This document shows, piece by piece, positions 25,200-39,861 of a stretch of DNA of 64,000 bases. The translations under genes were made by a program, and so were the position numbers. Position 1 is the first letter of the stretch; each line of letters opens with the position of its first letter. The stretch comes from Toensbergia leucococca (taxonomy: Eukaryota), in the NCBI GenBank assembly GCA_022813965.1, contig JALDZS010000034.1, positions 62,001-126,000 on the forward strand, given 5' to 3'. The notes under the pieces are model-generated. The model made no database searches. It was not told where the DNA came from and saw only the letters and a list, made by a program, of their open reading frames with translations.

Positions 25200-25314
25200 G
25201 GTGGAATACATACCTGAGACCCCCTTCCACATGTAGATATTATCTTATAGACCAAAACTCCCTCGGTCTGTAGAAATCAATTTGGAACCATATCTTATAT
25301 GACAGATTATACGG
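24258..25314 (+). mobile_element. Non-autonomous pogo/DDE_1 DNA transposon with a pseudogenised transposase C-half (~24510-25236)
   Basis: Perfect 24-bp TIRs (CCGTATAATCTGTCATATAAGATA) with TA flanks. Translation reads NEKAYTNE...LLSLDVF...IPGGCTGFIQILDVMINKPLK...RRVMLIEWVGKA, has four in-frame TGA stops and ends in an acidic (GAT)n tail. Confidence 0.94.
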
Positions 25315-26471
25315 TAGACTCGGTTGTCGTATTTCCTGGGCTTCTTCCAGCTACAGCAAACGTTAATGAAGAAACTTTTTGCCACATTTCGCATATCATC
25401 AATATGCCACTGCTTAGGCTATGTAGGTGAAAACTCAACTCAACGAGGTTTATAGGAGTACGATAGATATCTACTGCGTAAGCACCATAGCAAAATACTG
25501 AGAAAAATAAATAAAAAATAAATGCCCAGCCAACTCAGGGTAATGAACTGATGAGAGTACCTAGGCACAGGCTCGGAGGCGCAGCAGCCAGTAGGGTGAC
25601 TTGATTGACTTAATGATCTGCAGCGCGTACCTGCATCTTGCATACGGGGAGTGATGAGGCGAGAGAGGATAGATTTTACAGGACCGGCAAACAGGACGCT
25701 GGTGACTTTCCGTAATCACGCCTCAAGTCGATTCTGGCTTGGATGAAGCTAGTATTTGAAGGTTGAATCGTCTTACGAGTAGATAGGATGAGATGAGCCA
25801 TCTGAATTGGCCAACAAAAGTTGGTGCTTCAAACAATAGCAAACAAGACATGTGTACTCCGTACAATCCAATACTAATTTGACTTGACGTGAACCTATCG
25901 TTTTTCTTTTCTTTCTCTTGTTCTTTACTCACCCTCCGCCTTTGTCACTTTGTGCTCGTATCCAGAAAAGTCCGGACGCGTAAGCTTCAACTAAGTCGGA
26001 TTCGATTGCTCGGGCAGCGCCCACGCTAAATCGCTTAGTCCCTGTCGCCCCCCCTACATTCCTACGCTCCACCACCGAAATAACATCATCGTTGTCAGAC
26101 AAACAAGTTCACTGCCGTGCATCATCTGTGCGCTACCCATTCTCAACTGTATCCTGCACTCAAGCGTCTGAGCCTTCAAACAAAGACTCGTAGAAGCCGC
26201 CATCCGCTCACTTCCAGCTCAACGCTCGTTTGAATCCGAATCCGAATCCACCCCATTCTGCCTTCCACCGCTTCTCAGCTCTTGGATCAACCGCCGTCGC
26301 AGAAACCTTAGCGTTGACCCTCACTATCGCTGCAAACTGATGGATGACAAGGAGGTTTAGTAATTCGGCTTGAGGCTTATTCCGATCGTTCCAAACGCAA
26401 CCAGTCGCCCTGGAACACTTCACCCTCTTTTGCATCCGGCTCTTGAAAAATCTAATACGATAATACTCGAA

Positions 26472-28930
26472 ATGAATCTCTCATCCTCTACACGATCGTT
26501 CTTCCTCTTGCTCGCTACCATCGCCATTCTTTCACCTCTAGCATCGGCTATACGCTTGATCGAATCTAGTTCACTAAATCCTTGTCAAGACAATTCTAGT
26601 TTCACGGCTACGCTATTCAATGTCGTCTTTACGCCAGATAACAATACATTGGCTTTTGATGTCGTTGGAGTCTCGTCAATACAGGGCAATGTGACTGCAG
26701 AACTCGAGGTTATCGCCTATGGTTACACAGCTCTGAGACAAACCTTGGATCCATGCACCATGAACCTCGAGGGTCTTTGTCCCATGAACACCGGTCAGAT
26801 CAATATCCAGTCAAATATCAACGTTCCGAACAATGTGATCAGCAGGATACCTGGAATTGCATACGGTGTGCCTGACTTAGATGGCCTGGTCAGAATCTAC
26901 ATCAATGATACAGACACAGGCTCGACTGTGGCGTGTGTCGAAGCCATGCTATCAAATGGTAAGACCGTTGATCAAAAAGCTGTGGGTTGGACTACGGCGG
27001 CTATCGCTGGAATCGCCTTGTGCGCTGCCGCCGTGACTTCGGGGTTAGGGCATTCGAACACAGCAGCTCACGTCGCAGCGAACACTCTTTCGTTATTTTC
27101 TTTCTTCCAGGCCCAAGCTTTGATTGGAATGACCGCGATTCCTTTACCACCCATTGTACAATCGTGGACCCAGAACTTCCAATGGAGCATGGGCATTATC
27201 AGGGTCGGATTTATGCAGCACCTCTGCACCTGGTACCAACGATCAACAGGAGGGACGCCATCGACCGTGCTATCGACTCTTACGACGACCTCTGTTGAAG
27301 TACAGAAAAGATCTCTTGACGTGGTGCATAAACTTTTCCTCAGGGCTTATGATGAGATGACGAAGACGAAGAGAAGCAATGCAGCGAGCACCACTGCTCA
27401 GACGGCGAAAGTAATCATCATCACTGGCATTCAGCGAGTTGGTTTCCGCGCGGGCATTGAGATTACCAACATCTTTCTGACTGGTCTCGCATTCTTCCTG
27501 GCATTTGTCATCTTAACAGCTGTCGCAGTGATGTTATTCAAGGGCTTCTGTGACCTTGCTGTCAGATTTAGATGGCTGAAAGGGGATAGATTCCTAGATT
27601 TCAGGAATGGATGGAAAGTTGTCCTGAAGGGCATTTTATTCCGCTTGGTCAGTTCAAGTTGCTCCCACATATGTCCTACAGACTTGCTAATAATTCCCAG
27701 GTCTTGATCGGCTATCCGCAAATATGTGTGCTCTGCCTTTGGGAATTGACCCAAAGAGACTCATCTGCTGAAGTAGTGCTTGCCCTCTTCTTCTTCATTT
27801 CCATGTCAGCCTGCTTGGCATGGGCCGCGTTCAAGGTCATTCGCATAGCCAAGCGTTCCGTCAGCATGCACAAAAATCCGGCCTATATTTTATACTCGGA
27901 CCCTTCAGCGCTGAACAAATGGGGTTTCCTCTACGTTCAATTCCGTGCAACAGCATATTATTTCATCCTACCTGTGTTAATTTACATCCTGGTCAAGGCA
28001 GCATTCATTGCGTTTTCTCAGAAGTCTGGAACAACCCAGGCTATTGCATTTGTCATCATCGAAGCCGCCTTCTTGATTGGCATAAGCATCTTCCGTCCAT
28101 GGATGGACAAGAAGACCAATGCTTTTAATATCTCCATTGCAGCCATCAACTTCCTCAATGTCATTTTCTTATTGGTCTTCACATCGATCTTCAATCAACC
28201 AGTAAGTTGACGAATACAACAAGATCACCCTAGATCTGCACTGACATCTACATAGGGAATTGTTACTGGTGTCATGGGAGTAATATTTTTTATAATAAAT
28301 GCTGCTTTTGCCCTGGTACTCCTCCTGATGGTACTGATTGCCTCAGTCTATGCTATTGCATCAAAGAATCCAGACACTCGCTACCAACCAATGCGAGACG
28401 ATCGTGGCTCCTTCATCAAGTCTCAGTCTCAATTGACAACCGAGCTTGACGCGCTGGGCGCCACCGCACGAGGGGACCCAAAAACGCTTTACAAGTCTCG
28501 CGATATCGATGCGGACGATGATTCATTCTCGTCAGGATCAATCAGGAGGCATCAGAATGACGCATCGGGCGTTCCATTACCACCGTCAACTGCAAATTCT
28601 GCCATGGCTCATTCCTACAGGGAACCTCCCCGCTCTCCTATCGATCCATCAGTGCCTCTCTTTCCAAGCGATGGCGCCCCTCGGTATGGACAAGCATCTC
28701 CATATAGCGACAACCCTCGAATTTACAACGCATACAACGATAGCACACGGCCGGGGAGTGATCTCCCTCTCCTAAACTCAAGATCCGACAACTCATCTCC
28801 TGCTCCTCGAGGTTACGAATACCAGCCTTACGGTCGATCAGGTTCCGCTCATTCCAACGCCAACGGCGGCTTCAGACAGCAGCAGAACAACCCCAGTCCC
28901 TGGCAACGAGGGGCAGGCTACGAAAGCTGA
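26472..28930 (+). CDS. flcA: FLC-family (flavin carrier / TRP-like channel) membrane protein; introns ~27648-27700 and ~28202-28255
   Basis: Signal peptide, ML-like domain (IPGIAYGVPDLDG, LSNGKTV), GHSNTAAHVAAN, WTQNFQWSMGII, KNPAYILYSD, NPDTRYQPMRDDRGSFIKS, C-terminal PWQRGAGYE. Confidence 0.9.
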
Positions 28931-29663
28931 AAAGTTGTGATTATGGCATATCTCAATCTGTCCATAGAACAACCTTCTGATGTAACACCAACGACGCGCG
29001 CTGAGAGCTTTTGGCACTTTCCCTTATTCTGGCAATAGCATCGGACCTGGTATGGCAGCATAACACACTTTACGAACCACGTTTCCTTAACGTATCTTCT
29101 ACAGCGATGAAGAAGCATTGAGGTTTGTCCATAGTTCTTTGAGGTAGATTATGGTTAGGGGGGCATTGCTCATTGGCGGAGAGGCGTTGGGCTAGTGATC
29201 TTGAATGTTTTTTTCCCCCTCTGTTTCTCTTATGAGCTGGCTCGTGCATTGGAGCGGTTGGGTTTGAGCTTATGTAGATTAGTCGAGCACCAGACTTTCT
29301 TCATTTGAAAGGGCGGATGCTGTGGTGCTGCTGTATTCAGGTTGCAGAGAATTGATCGGCCGTTCAAACTTGGTCATATTAGCCTCGGGCTTTGCACTGA
29401 ATTGGGCCCAGGACAACACACTGTATTGTACCGATGGTCCGAGCCATCTGCTCCAAGGGGTACTGTCATCTTTCGGAAACCGTACCTTTTACTCCGTAAG
29501 AACACCCAGTTCTCCCAGATCAGCGCTTCTCCTCCTCAGAGAAACGAAGGAGCATAAACAATTCCACAACCGAGATTTCCCCACCAACCCACCTCCACTC
29601 CCCAACTCCCCACAGAACTCCCTCAAACACCTCGAAAAAGCAACCCATCCCAACCCAACCACC

Positions 29664-30599
29664 TCACCCCTCTTCCCCACTCCCGTTTTTAGCCATGAAC
29701 CCCTCCACCGCTTCCCTCACCCCCCCAGCCCCAGGCCACTTCGCAACAACATCCCCACCCCACCCCACCCCCGCCTCCAAAGCCCCCCGAGTCCCCTCCC
29801 CAATAACAGCCACAAAAGTCCTCCTCCCCTCCATCCTCCCCTCCTCCACCCTGCCCTCATCACCCAGCCATCCCAACGCCGTAAAGACCTCCTTGGCGCC
29901 TTCGCCGGAGAAGAATACTATCCATCTCCATTGGTGCTGGGGGGGTTGTAAGTTGTTGTTGTTGTTAGTGAGGGGGGTGGTGGTGGTGATGATGAGGAGC
30001 GTACGCTGGATCGCGCTCGCGAATTCGGGGTGCAGGGAGGTGGCATAAACGACCATTTCGTCGACGCGGATCCTGGCGCCTGGGCTCGGCGGCGAGTGCA
30101 TCAGCAGGCGCGGGAGGACATCGCGGCGTTTTTCGCCCGCGAGGAATAGAAGCGGGGGCTTATCTTCGGCGTCCGAGGTTGCAGGGTGGAGCGCATTGTA
30201 GTGCTGGAGTATGAGGGCGGCGAGAGCTTCCGCGTTGCCGGTTTCGCGGCCGAGGATCGAGCAGTGCGGGAGGTAGGCGTTGCGGATGGGTTCGAGGGCG
30301 GCTGCTGTCGCGGGGCCGACGACGTAGAGGGGGATTTTTAGGGAGGGGAGGACTGTAAGGGGGAGGGCGGAGAGGGTGTGGGAGAGTGAGAGGGTGGCGC
30401 GGGCGGAGGTGAGGATTAGGCCGCCGTGGGTGCTGGGGAGGGTGGTTAGGGTTGAGGGGGAGGGGGGGTGGAGGGTGTGATGGAGGGGAGGGACGAAGGT
30501 GGGGTGGTAGGTTGGGGGGGGGAAGTGGGATGTGTAGGGGTCGGAGGAGTGGGGGGTTAGGGGTGTTTTGAGGAGGATGATGGGGATTGGGGTGGGCAT
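29664..30599 (-). CDS. HEM4: Uroporphyrinogen-III synthase
   Basis: IILLKT...DPY, GGLILTSARA, PLYVVGPATA, GRETGNAEALA, LLFLAGEKRRDVLP, VVYAT, WIVFFS. Confidence 0.88.
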   Translation of the reverse strand: MPTPIPIILLKTPLTPHSSDPYTSHFPPPTYHPTFVPPLHHTLHPPSPSTLTTLPSTHGGLILTSARATLSLSHTLSALPLTVLPSLKIPLYVVGPATAAALEPIRNAYLPHCSILGRETGNAEALAALILQHYNALHPATSDAEDKPPLLFLAGEKRRDVLPRLLMHSPPSPGARIRVDEMVVYATSLHPEFASAIQRTLLIITTTTPLTNNNNNLQPPQHQWRWIVFFSGEGAKEVFTALGWLGDEGRVEEGRMEGRRTFVAVIGEGTRGALEAGVGWGGDVVAKWPGAGGVREAVEGFMAKNGSGEEG

Positions 30600-30867
30600 T
30601 TGGATGGGGGGCACGGTGGTTGTGGGTTTGGCTTTGGGGGGTGGGGTAGGGCTGAAGGATTCTTTTTGGTGGAGGATCGTCTCGGGGAGACTGGGGTTGA
30701 GGGTCTTCTTTTCCTTTTGTGAGAGTCGAGGTGTTTGTTGCGAAGCTTAGATTTCTGTCTTCTTTTTCTTTACATAAGTATTGATCTTTCCTCCTTCTTT
30801 GTGGAAGGGATGCATACCCGTCATGTCGATTCCTAGCTTCGAGAAACTGTTTGCCGACCAGCGGAAA

Positions 30868-31568
30868 ATGGAAAGAAAGGTCGCTTTGACCGCGCAGCAG
30901 CAGCAACAGCAACCCCAACAACAGGAGCTGGATACAGGCGATGGAGACGCGGAAGGAAAGGGAGAGGCACCTGCAACGAAGAAATTTCCCAAGGGAGTGG
31001 TGTTGGGGGAGGATGGGAAGCCGTGAGTAATTCCTCTTCTTTTCTTCCGAGTAAGGCATATGAGACTTGATTTCAAAGCTGACGACGCAAACCCCACAGC
31101 TGCCGCTCCTGCACCTCCATCGCCTCCTGGGCCGCCATGACCAAAAAGAAAATCGCCACCCCCTCCTCCACCCCTTCCCCCTCCCCCTCCGCACCCACCC
31201 AAGCCCCAGCAGCAGCAGCAGCAGAATGCCCCCCCGACATCGACCTCCTCGGCCGCAGCACCTGGACCCTCCTGCACACCATCTCAGCCTCCTACCCCCG
31301 CACCGCCTCCCCCACCCAGCAAGACGAAATGCGGCAGTTCCTGAGCCTGTTTGCGAAACTGTATCCGTGCTGGGTGTGCGCGGGGGATTTCCGCGACTGG
31401 ATGGCGCGGAAGGGGAATGAGCCGCGGGTGGAGGGGAGGGAGGGCTTGGGCAGGTGGATGTGCGAGGCGCATAATGGGGTTAATGTTAAGTTGGGGAAGG
31501 GGGTGTTTGATTGTGGGAGGTGGGAGGAGCGGTGGAGGAAGGGGTGGGCGGATGGGAGGTGTGATTGA
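30868..31568 (+). CDS. ERV1: Mitochondrial FAD-linked sulfhydryl oxidase Erv1/ALR; intron ~31023-31099
   Basis: GVVLGEDGKP|CRSC shuttle CxxC, CPPDIDLLGRSTWTLLH, YPCWVCA catalytic CxxC, CEAHNGVNVKLGK..FDC, WRKGWADGRCD. Confidence 0.93.
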
Positions 31569-31711
31569 GGGGGTTTGTTGTGTGGTATTTGGGGAGGGTT
31601 TGGAATTAGTTGCATTGCGTGAGGGGAGTATGAGAATGGGAATGGTGCATTAGGGGCATTTGGGAGGGGCGTTGGTTTGGTTTGTTGTGTATATCTATGG
31701 AGCTTCTTCAC

Positions 31712-32573
31712 TCATTTTTCTATCCAAGCACCCTCTTCATCCACCTTTTTGTACATCATATCGGTCCGCACGGTCATTTTGATCCCGCTGGTAACATCAT
31801 CGCCCGAATGCAGCAGGTCTCTGTGCTGGAATATCAGAACCCGGCCTACTTTGGGCTCAACATCGAATCTATCTCTCATGTCGTACGAGTGGAATGTCGT
31901 GGATCCTCCTTCGAGCTCGCCTTCCGCCGAAGAAGAATCCGAGTCGTTCAGGTAGAGATGGAGGGTACAAAACGAGATCTCTTGGCCGTCCGGCGTAGCA
32001 AAAGAGCCGTCCTGATGAGCTGCAAAAAAATATCTTTCATCAAAATGCCTTCCCTCTCAAACAAAAATCTAACGATTTAGAAGCAGAGCGAGACGAAAAA
32101 AACTCACGCCGGAAATACTGCCCTTTCCCATACTTCAAAAACCTCATCCGCTCGTTCAATCTCCGCATCTTCCACGTCTCCTTTCGCTTCGTCGGCCCCA
32201 ATCCAGTAATCTTCGGCACCTCCCTCAAAGTCTCAATCTCGGGCACCGACGCCTTGACCCTCTCCCACAACTTCGCCGCAAGCTCACCGTCATCCCAAAT
32301 AATCCGGCCGCAGTTCCGAGTCCAAGGGTCCATCATCTGTCTTCCGTTCCCTACATTGACCATTGCCGGCTCCCATTTACCATTGGTGCGAGCCTCGGCC
32401 GCTGAGACTAACGTCTGGCATTCTTCTGCAGAAAGAACATTGTCTAGCACGACGGCGTAGAGATCTTTGTATCTTGGGAGTGCTGTTTTTGCAAAGTCGA
32501 TGGGTTGGATTGAGATTTTGGGGCCGGGGCCTGAGAGGAAGCCCTCTGGCAGGGAGGAAAGTGGAGATGCCAT
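31712..32573 (-). CDS. 2-oxoglutarate/Fe(II) dioxygenase (prolyl-4-hydroxylase-like); intron ~32107-32021
   Basis: LDNVLSAEEC, RNCGRIIWDD, LNERMRFLKY. Exon 2 has HQD (HxD), TLHLYLND, GGST, GRVLIFQH..LLHSG, K..RTD. An upstream start at 32648 is possible. Confidence 0.88.
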
Positions 32574-33086
32574 CACTGCGATTTGACGTAAAAGCGAAAA
32601 TTTTCTTCTGTACGTATGAGACAGAAAGCACGTGAATCGCAGGGCCATTAATTCCAGTCAAGGGAAAGATCTTTTACATGCAACTGGAATTTTTGGAGTC
32701 ATAGGTAATAGTAGCGCTGCTGCCTGACATCAAGTCTCCATTCTGTCGGAGGAGATGTCCGGCGCATTTCAAGGCAGAATTATTGACTATCTTGAAGGAG
32801 TCACCAGGCTGAATCATTGACGGACTGGAGTCATCGGTCGAGGCTTTCAGGTTCGCTTGTGAGCGATCTAAGTGAGCATTCTCGCATTCAATGAATCAGA
32901 GATAAATAGAGTCACGTCCCGACTCCCGACGTTCAGGGCTTTGCCCTAATTTCAAGGCTTAGTCATTCACCATGATGGCGACAAACTCAGAAGGTCATTC
33001 AAAATTAGCTTCATCTCAAGCCTTGGGTTGTATTGCATCCAACATTCCCGCCCAACTCACCCTCCCTCCTCCAACAACACCCCAAA

Positions 33087-33389
33087 ATGGCCTCCCCTAC
33101 CCCCACCCCCATAACCAGTATCCTAACCCCTCACCTAACCCACCTCCTCCAACGCCGCGCCCACCCAAAAACAATCTGCCCCTCCGAAGTCCCCCGCTCG
33201 CTAACAGCTGATGAATTAGCCTCAGCCGGCGTCTTGGACTGGCGGGAACTGATGCCGCACGTGCGCAGCATGCTGTGGGAGATGCGGAGCAGGGGAGAAG
33301 TGGAGGTGTTGCAGGGAGGGGTGGTGCTGGAGGGGAGGATGGGGTTGGAGGATGTCAAGGGACCCATACGGGCGAGGAGAGTAGTTTGA
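33087..33389 (+). CDS. DUF3253-family small protein
   Basis: KTICPSEVPR, WRELMPHVR, GEVEVLQGG, KGPIRAR. Confidence 0.82.
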   Translation: MASPTPTPITSILTPHLTHLLQRRAHPKTICPSEVPRSLTADELASAGVLDWRELMPHVRSMLWEMRSRGEVEVLQGGVVLEGRMGLEDVKGPIRARRVV

Positions 33390-33804
33390 AACAGAAAAAA
33401 AAGGGAATTGGGGCCGATTTTGAATACTTTCTTTATTGACTTTAAATGACTTGGTGCTTGATTTGAGGGGCGATTCTGCTCATATCTCTAGCATTAGATG
33501 GAGTGGTCCCGTGTTTCTTTTCAAAAGAAAGACCCGAGGACCTCAATCCTCCTTACATGTTCCCTAGCTACCTGTTCGAGCCAAAACTCCATGAGCAGCC
33601 AAATAGCCACAATTTTGAAAAAACCCCCACAGTCCATGCAAGAGATCAAGATAGTCGCTGATCCAGCCGTGCCGCCGCCGTAGTGTAATGAAAAAAGCAT
33701 GTCCATCGTATCCAGCCGACAAAACTCAGCCAAGACCCATCATCCATATTCCGCATTCCACAACACTACTTACCTACCTTTCCACCCTTACACAGAACAC
33801 TCGG

Positions 33805-35100
<1,296 letters not shown>

Positions 35101-36809
35101 GGCTTTTCACAAATGTAGGTTGGAAGTGATTGAGGCGAGAGTATGCAGGAAGAAAGGGATAAAATCGAGAGAAACGAAAGTATGAAGATGTTTGGGAGAG
35201 GCAACGCCAAGTAGGTGCACGATATGGACGCTTGTTGTTGATGAAATGATGAATTGATGGTCCTTTGCTGGTTATCTATTGCACAATTGATCAGCCAGTC
35301 TTCTAGAGATGCTTTGCGCAGTCAAGAAAGAACTCCGGTGCTGATGGTAAATGGGAACAAGAAAATGCTCTGAATGACACCGTGCGTCTAACATCGAATA
35401 CAACTTTCAAGAATCGCAAATATCACTGCTAGGACGATGAAGAGACGCAGAAGAAGAAAGACCAAGTTTTCTTGTATATGTCGGAGACATACGATGCCTA
35501 TCACAATGTCTTGCTCTTGAACCAATTGACGAATGCTTGACTGACCTCTCTTGCTGCGTCGAAGATGTAGCTGTAGTGGTGAATCTAGCTCGATGAGCAG
35601 TGTACGAGACACCTATTGACGTTTCAAGATGCTTGCGCGATCTGTGTCTATGCACGGCTATTGTTGTGTATGTGTTTCGATGACTAGGCTCGAAATTCGA
35701 AATACGAAATATGGCGAGCGCTATCAAGGAGAGCAGCAGTCGTTCCTTTGTTCTCGAAGGCGTTCAGAAACGGCCGTGATAATGCAAGGGCTTGGACGAA
35801 CGAGGGCGTGGTCCTGTGGATGTAAGATTGGCAGAGCAAGATGTATGAGATATCTTCGGTGCAAAGATTGGTAGAATGTATTAGACCCTATACTAGCCTC
35901 GCAAGTCAGTGAATGTCTGTCAATTCACCTTGTGAGCAGCCGGCCTTCATCTCCGGCGGAAGGGCACAGGCTGGCATCAAGGGTATCAGGGAGATGGGGT
36001 GTACCTGATATGGTCGAGAGTTTTGGAGGATACACACCGATGCCAGCGATTACACCAAGAAATGCTTTACAGTCAGAGGGTTTGGACGTGTCTTGGCGCT
36101 ATGATGAAGCTGGCGTTTACCTTACACCACCTTTTGGCGTTTGTCGCAGGAACCTAAGCTAGTGGTGGGGAATGTCCGATTGCAGCACCGGGGACCTAAT
36201 CCATTTATAACATCGGAATGCTGCATCATTACGAGCACTAAAGGTCGGTGGGCTTAGACGTTGGCAGACAACAGCAACAAATCGGTCACCTTTGATCACC
36301 ACATTTACAAAGCGAAATGCGGCTCCCCAACCTCTGTTCCTTCCACATGGTTGGACATACTCCTCACAGGTGTTGATTGACCACACACGAATCCACCGTC
36401 TCGGGAGCTTGCAGATACTTCGGCACTCTCGGTAGCGTACCGAAGATCAACCATGAGGTATCGAGACATTGGCGGAAGGCCACGGGGCTGGAACCTTAAA
36501 TGATACCAATACTCGTAACCACCTAAACAAATCGTGATTTATACCGATTGACCAATATTTAAAGAGTACTTCCACTTTACCTGACAGGGCTTATCTCACC
36601 ATTACGAAAAACATAGTTCCATCAATATACTTTGTAGTATAGAGTATAGAGTATCGAGGTACATGAAATGTCCACTGTTGGTGGAGTTCTAGGTAGACTG
36701 GTAGTCCCTGCTTCTTGGACTCCAACAGATCAGACTACAAACATCTTCCGCCACTTTGATCGCCCGAGATTGGAAGTCAAAGAGACGGCATCCTAGATAC
36801 ATTTCCCGT

Positions 36810-39800
36810 CTATTGCACCACCTGTAGGTTATAATTAGCAAGTCAACTTGGCATACAATCACAAAATCCATACCTTTTCCCTCATGAGACCCAACCATTG
36901 CTGCAGACTCATCCCTTGATCGGCCCTATCCTCAACCAGCATTGTTTGTGCCCATAGCCGCATGCCCGGTTCGCCATCTTCACGCACCACATAGAGGTGC
37001 GGTACGATGATGCTGGCTACCCCTCGAGATTTGTAGTCTCTGCTTTTCTCTACCACAGCCCGCACTCGTTCATTGAAATCATTGTCGAGTACAGGTAATG
37101 TCGACTTGCCAACCTTTAGTTGAGTCCGGTCCGGCACACCAAAGACATCGTCTACGAGCTGAGGAACAGCGTCCCGTCCTACCCAGATGAATTGAGTTTG
37201 GCCATCATCAATGAGGTAGAGACCATATGGAACTAAATTTGCTGAAGATAAATTGATCGGCGGCGGAAGGATGATCTGTCCAGTGCTTTCATCCGACACG
37301 CCCGCATTGTCAGGCATATCATGTAAAGAGTAAAGTCTCGGATAGATGTACTGCATCAAGAGAGGGAGTGGTAAGGTAGAAAGCTGACATAGAGATGCTG
37401 AACGCATATCGCTAGGAATCTGAGCCGATTTTCGAAGACCAATCTATCAACCATTAGTCGCGTTACAATAAAGGCAATCCTACTTGAGGGCCGATTCACA
37501 TTCTTCATCAAACCCAAGAACAATACAGGTAAGCACCTTAGATTGGCTGGGAACTGTAGTCCACCACCGCCCATGTTACCACCGGCTAATTCCTTTCGAT
37601 AGGTCTGCAAAAGCTCGACCAGTTTCGATTGTAAAGCATCCCGAGAATTCTCCAGACCACCTCCTAGAGCCCGCTCAACGGCTTTGTGGCTGAAAAATGT
37701 GGTGATAGCTTCTTGGTCTGCAGAAGCATACACATCTGCAAGGGTTTGCGTAGTGGGTAAGGCTAATGTCATGACCCTGATCCGCCGCTCACCGTTACAA
37801 GTTGTGTGAAGGACAGCACTTTGCATGCAAATCACGCCCTTGGTCAGAGTCTCGTCAATTGCAACCTCTACAACATAGCCCTGGTCCCGAGGGAATGCGG
37901 GAAAAGCACAGAGATCTGAGCTCCGATTGAAAAAGTTCCCATAGAATGTGCTCATCCGAAGACCAGTAGTAGCTCTGACGCGAAGGACTGCCTCGAGGCC
38001 AATCTCGGCTGAAAGATAGTCTGAAAACTCATGGGCAAATTTCATAGCATCTTCACTCCTTGCCGCGTTCCAACCTGGATAGAAATAGGTCTGGCCTCCA
38101 GTATAACGTGGCAGATTGCTCAAAGACGCGACGTCTTGGTATTGAGAGGAGAAAAGAAACATGTCGATCGAGACTTGGTTCTTGGAGCATTCAACCGCGA
38201 AGCTCTTGTAAAAGCTACTAGCAGTCTGCAGTAGGCTACTTTCCTTGCTTGTTCCGAGTATCTTCTTGTCCTCTCTCATCTCAAGTTTACCTTGCCCTAT
38301 GTTTGGTAAAGTCGCTGAAAGTACTGTGAGCTTTCCACCAACTGGCGAGACGAGCCGATGGCCCGCCCTCAATGCAGAACCCATACAACACCCACCATTT
38401 TGAGTGTTTTGGAACATTTCCTGAAGCTTTCCTAGAAAATTTTCAATGTTTTCACGACACTCTGTCAACGTAACCAGTAGATCCCCTGGCTTCGGTAGGA
38501 ATGGCTCGTCTAGGTCACTGACTACTAGCATACTCGTTTCTCCATTACCAGTTCCGTCGCGTGGAATGGAGAAGTAGTGAATGCTGGAGTCAACAGCCAT
38601 GAATCCCAGCCTTGTCCTCCGGTCAGCGTTAGGTATACGATCCAAACTTTCCAGGATGCATCGAGCACTAGTAGCAAGTAGACCACTAGTGACCGAGGCA
38701 TAACTCACGTCAAAGAGAAACATGTAGACCAGGGGTTGTGGTGGGCGGACCATGTACTCCTGTGGTGCAATAAATTCCACAACTGAGTGGTTAAGCTCAG
38801 GTCGTTCCCACCTATCTACCGACTTCTGTGACGCCGCATCCCAGTCAAAAGCTTGGGGTACCTCATTGGTAAGATTACACATATTACACCTCCAGCGATG
38901 ACCTTGCTCCAAGAATGTCACAAATGGATTGATATATGTACGGCATCGCCGGCATCTCGCAATGACTTGATCGGGAACTACTGGTACTGGATCTTCTGAG
39001 TCGTGTAAAGAGCTGTATGGCGATATGATGAGCGCAAAAGGTAACCGTGACTTCTTAAGTAGAGAATGGCTTGTCGGGACAGCGTTGAGTGTGGAGCGAA
39101 CGTATTTAGGTGGGCAATTGGCGTTAGGAGAGGGAGTGACGCTTGACTATATAGATTTAGTGGTGAGAATTACCGCTCTTGAAAACTTGACTCACGTTCT
39201 GGGGTAATACAATAGGCGGCGGAGGAACATCCAGCTCGGAAACATTAAAAGGTTGATTCAATAGGTCGGAAGGGAATAACTGGTTGAGGTGCGGACGTTG
39301 CGGCATCTGCTGGGGAGGCTGCTGTTGCTGGCCACCAAACCCTAAGCTGTTCATGCCATGTGTGATGTTGCTCATTGCACTCTGTGGAGGTGGAGCGCCT
39401 TGCGTAGGATAGCCTGCTTCTGGAGGTTGATACCCACCCACTCCGGGAGGAGGCTGTCCATAACTCGAAGGCCTTACTTGTGCTGGAGCAGCTGGGCCAT
39501 CTCCATATGCAGGCTGCTGATACGCTGGCTGTTGGTATGCTGGCTGCTGGTACGCTGGCTGCTGAGCTTGTTGTCCGTAGCCCCCATACCCTGGGCCTGC
39601 AGGCGGTGGTGCAGGATACGCTACTCCACCTGGTTGTTGTCCACCCAACGCAGCATTGGCCCCTGTTCCAAATTCGTAGGCTTGTCCAGCGTATTGACGT
39701 TTTCTTCGAGCTGCTGCACCCGAGGCATTTGGAGGGCCACCTTGTACCGAAGACTCACCTTCTTCGTAGTCAGGTTGAGGCTGTTCCCCGTATGGTTCTG

Positions 39801-39861
39801 ATTGATCCTGATCCTGATTGTAGTAGCCTTGAGTGGGGGAGCCAGACTGCGGCGCGGCCAT
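36810..39861 (-). CDS. SEC24: COPII coat cargo adaptor Sec24; three introns
   Basis: P/Q/G-rich N-terminus with 3x QQPAY, zinc finger [18 protein letters not shown], trunk domain, FFNRSSDL, gelsolin-like [20 protein letters not shown]. Confidence 0.95.

Noticed and set aside
12644..25314. Composite transposon carrying the Spa10-like gene and HAS1
   Set aside because: Each element has its own complete, distinct TIR pair and TA flanks, and the enclosed genes are ordinary conserved loci. Independent insertions are the simpler explanation.
25990..26060. tRNA-like TTCGA motif
   Set aside because: No cloverleaf or acceptor stem could be formed on either strand.
30160..31711. Overlapping ORFs of 344, 176 and 139 aa around HEM4/ERV1
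   Set aside because: These are by-products of stop-poor C/G-run sequence. The conserved motifs lie only in the HEM4 and ERV1 frames.
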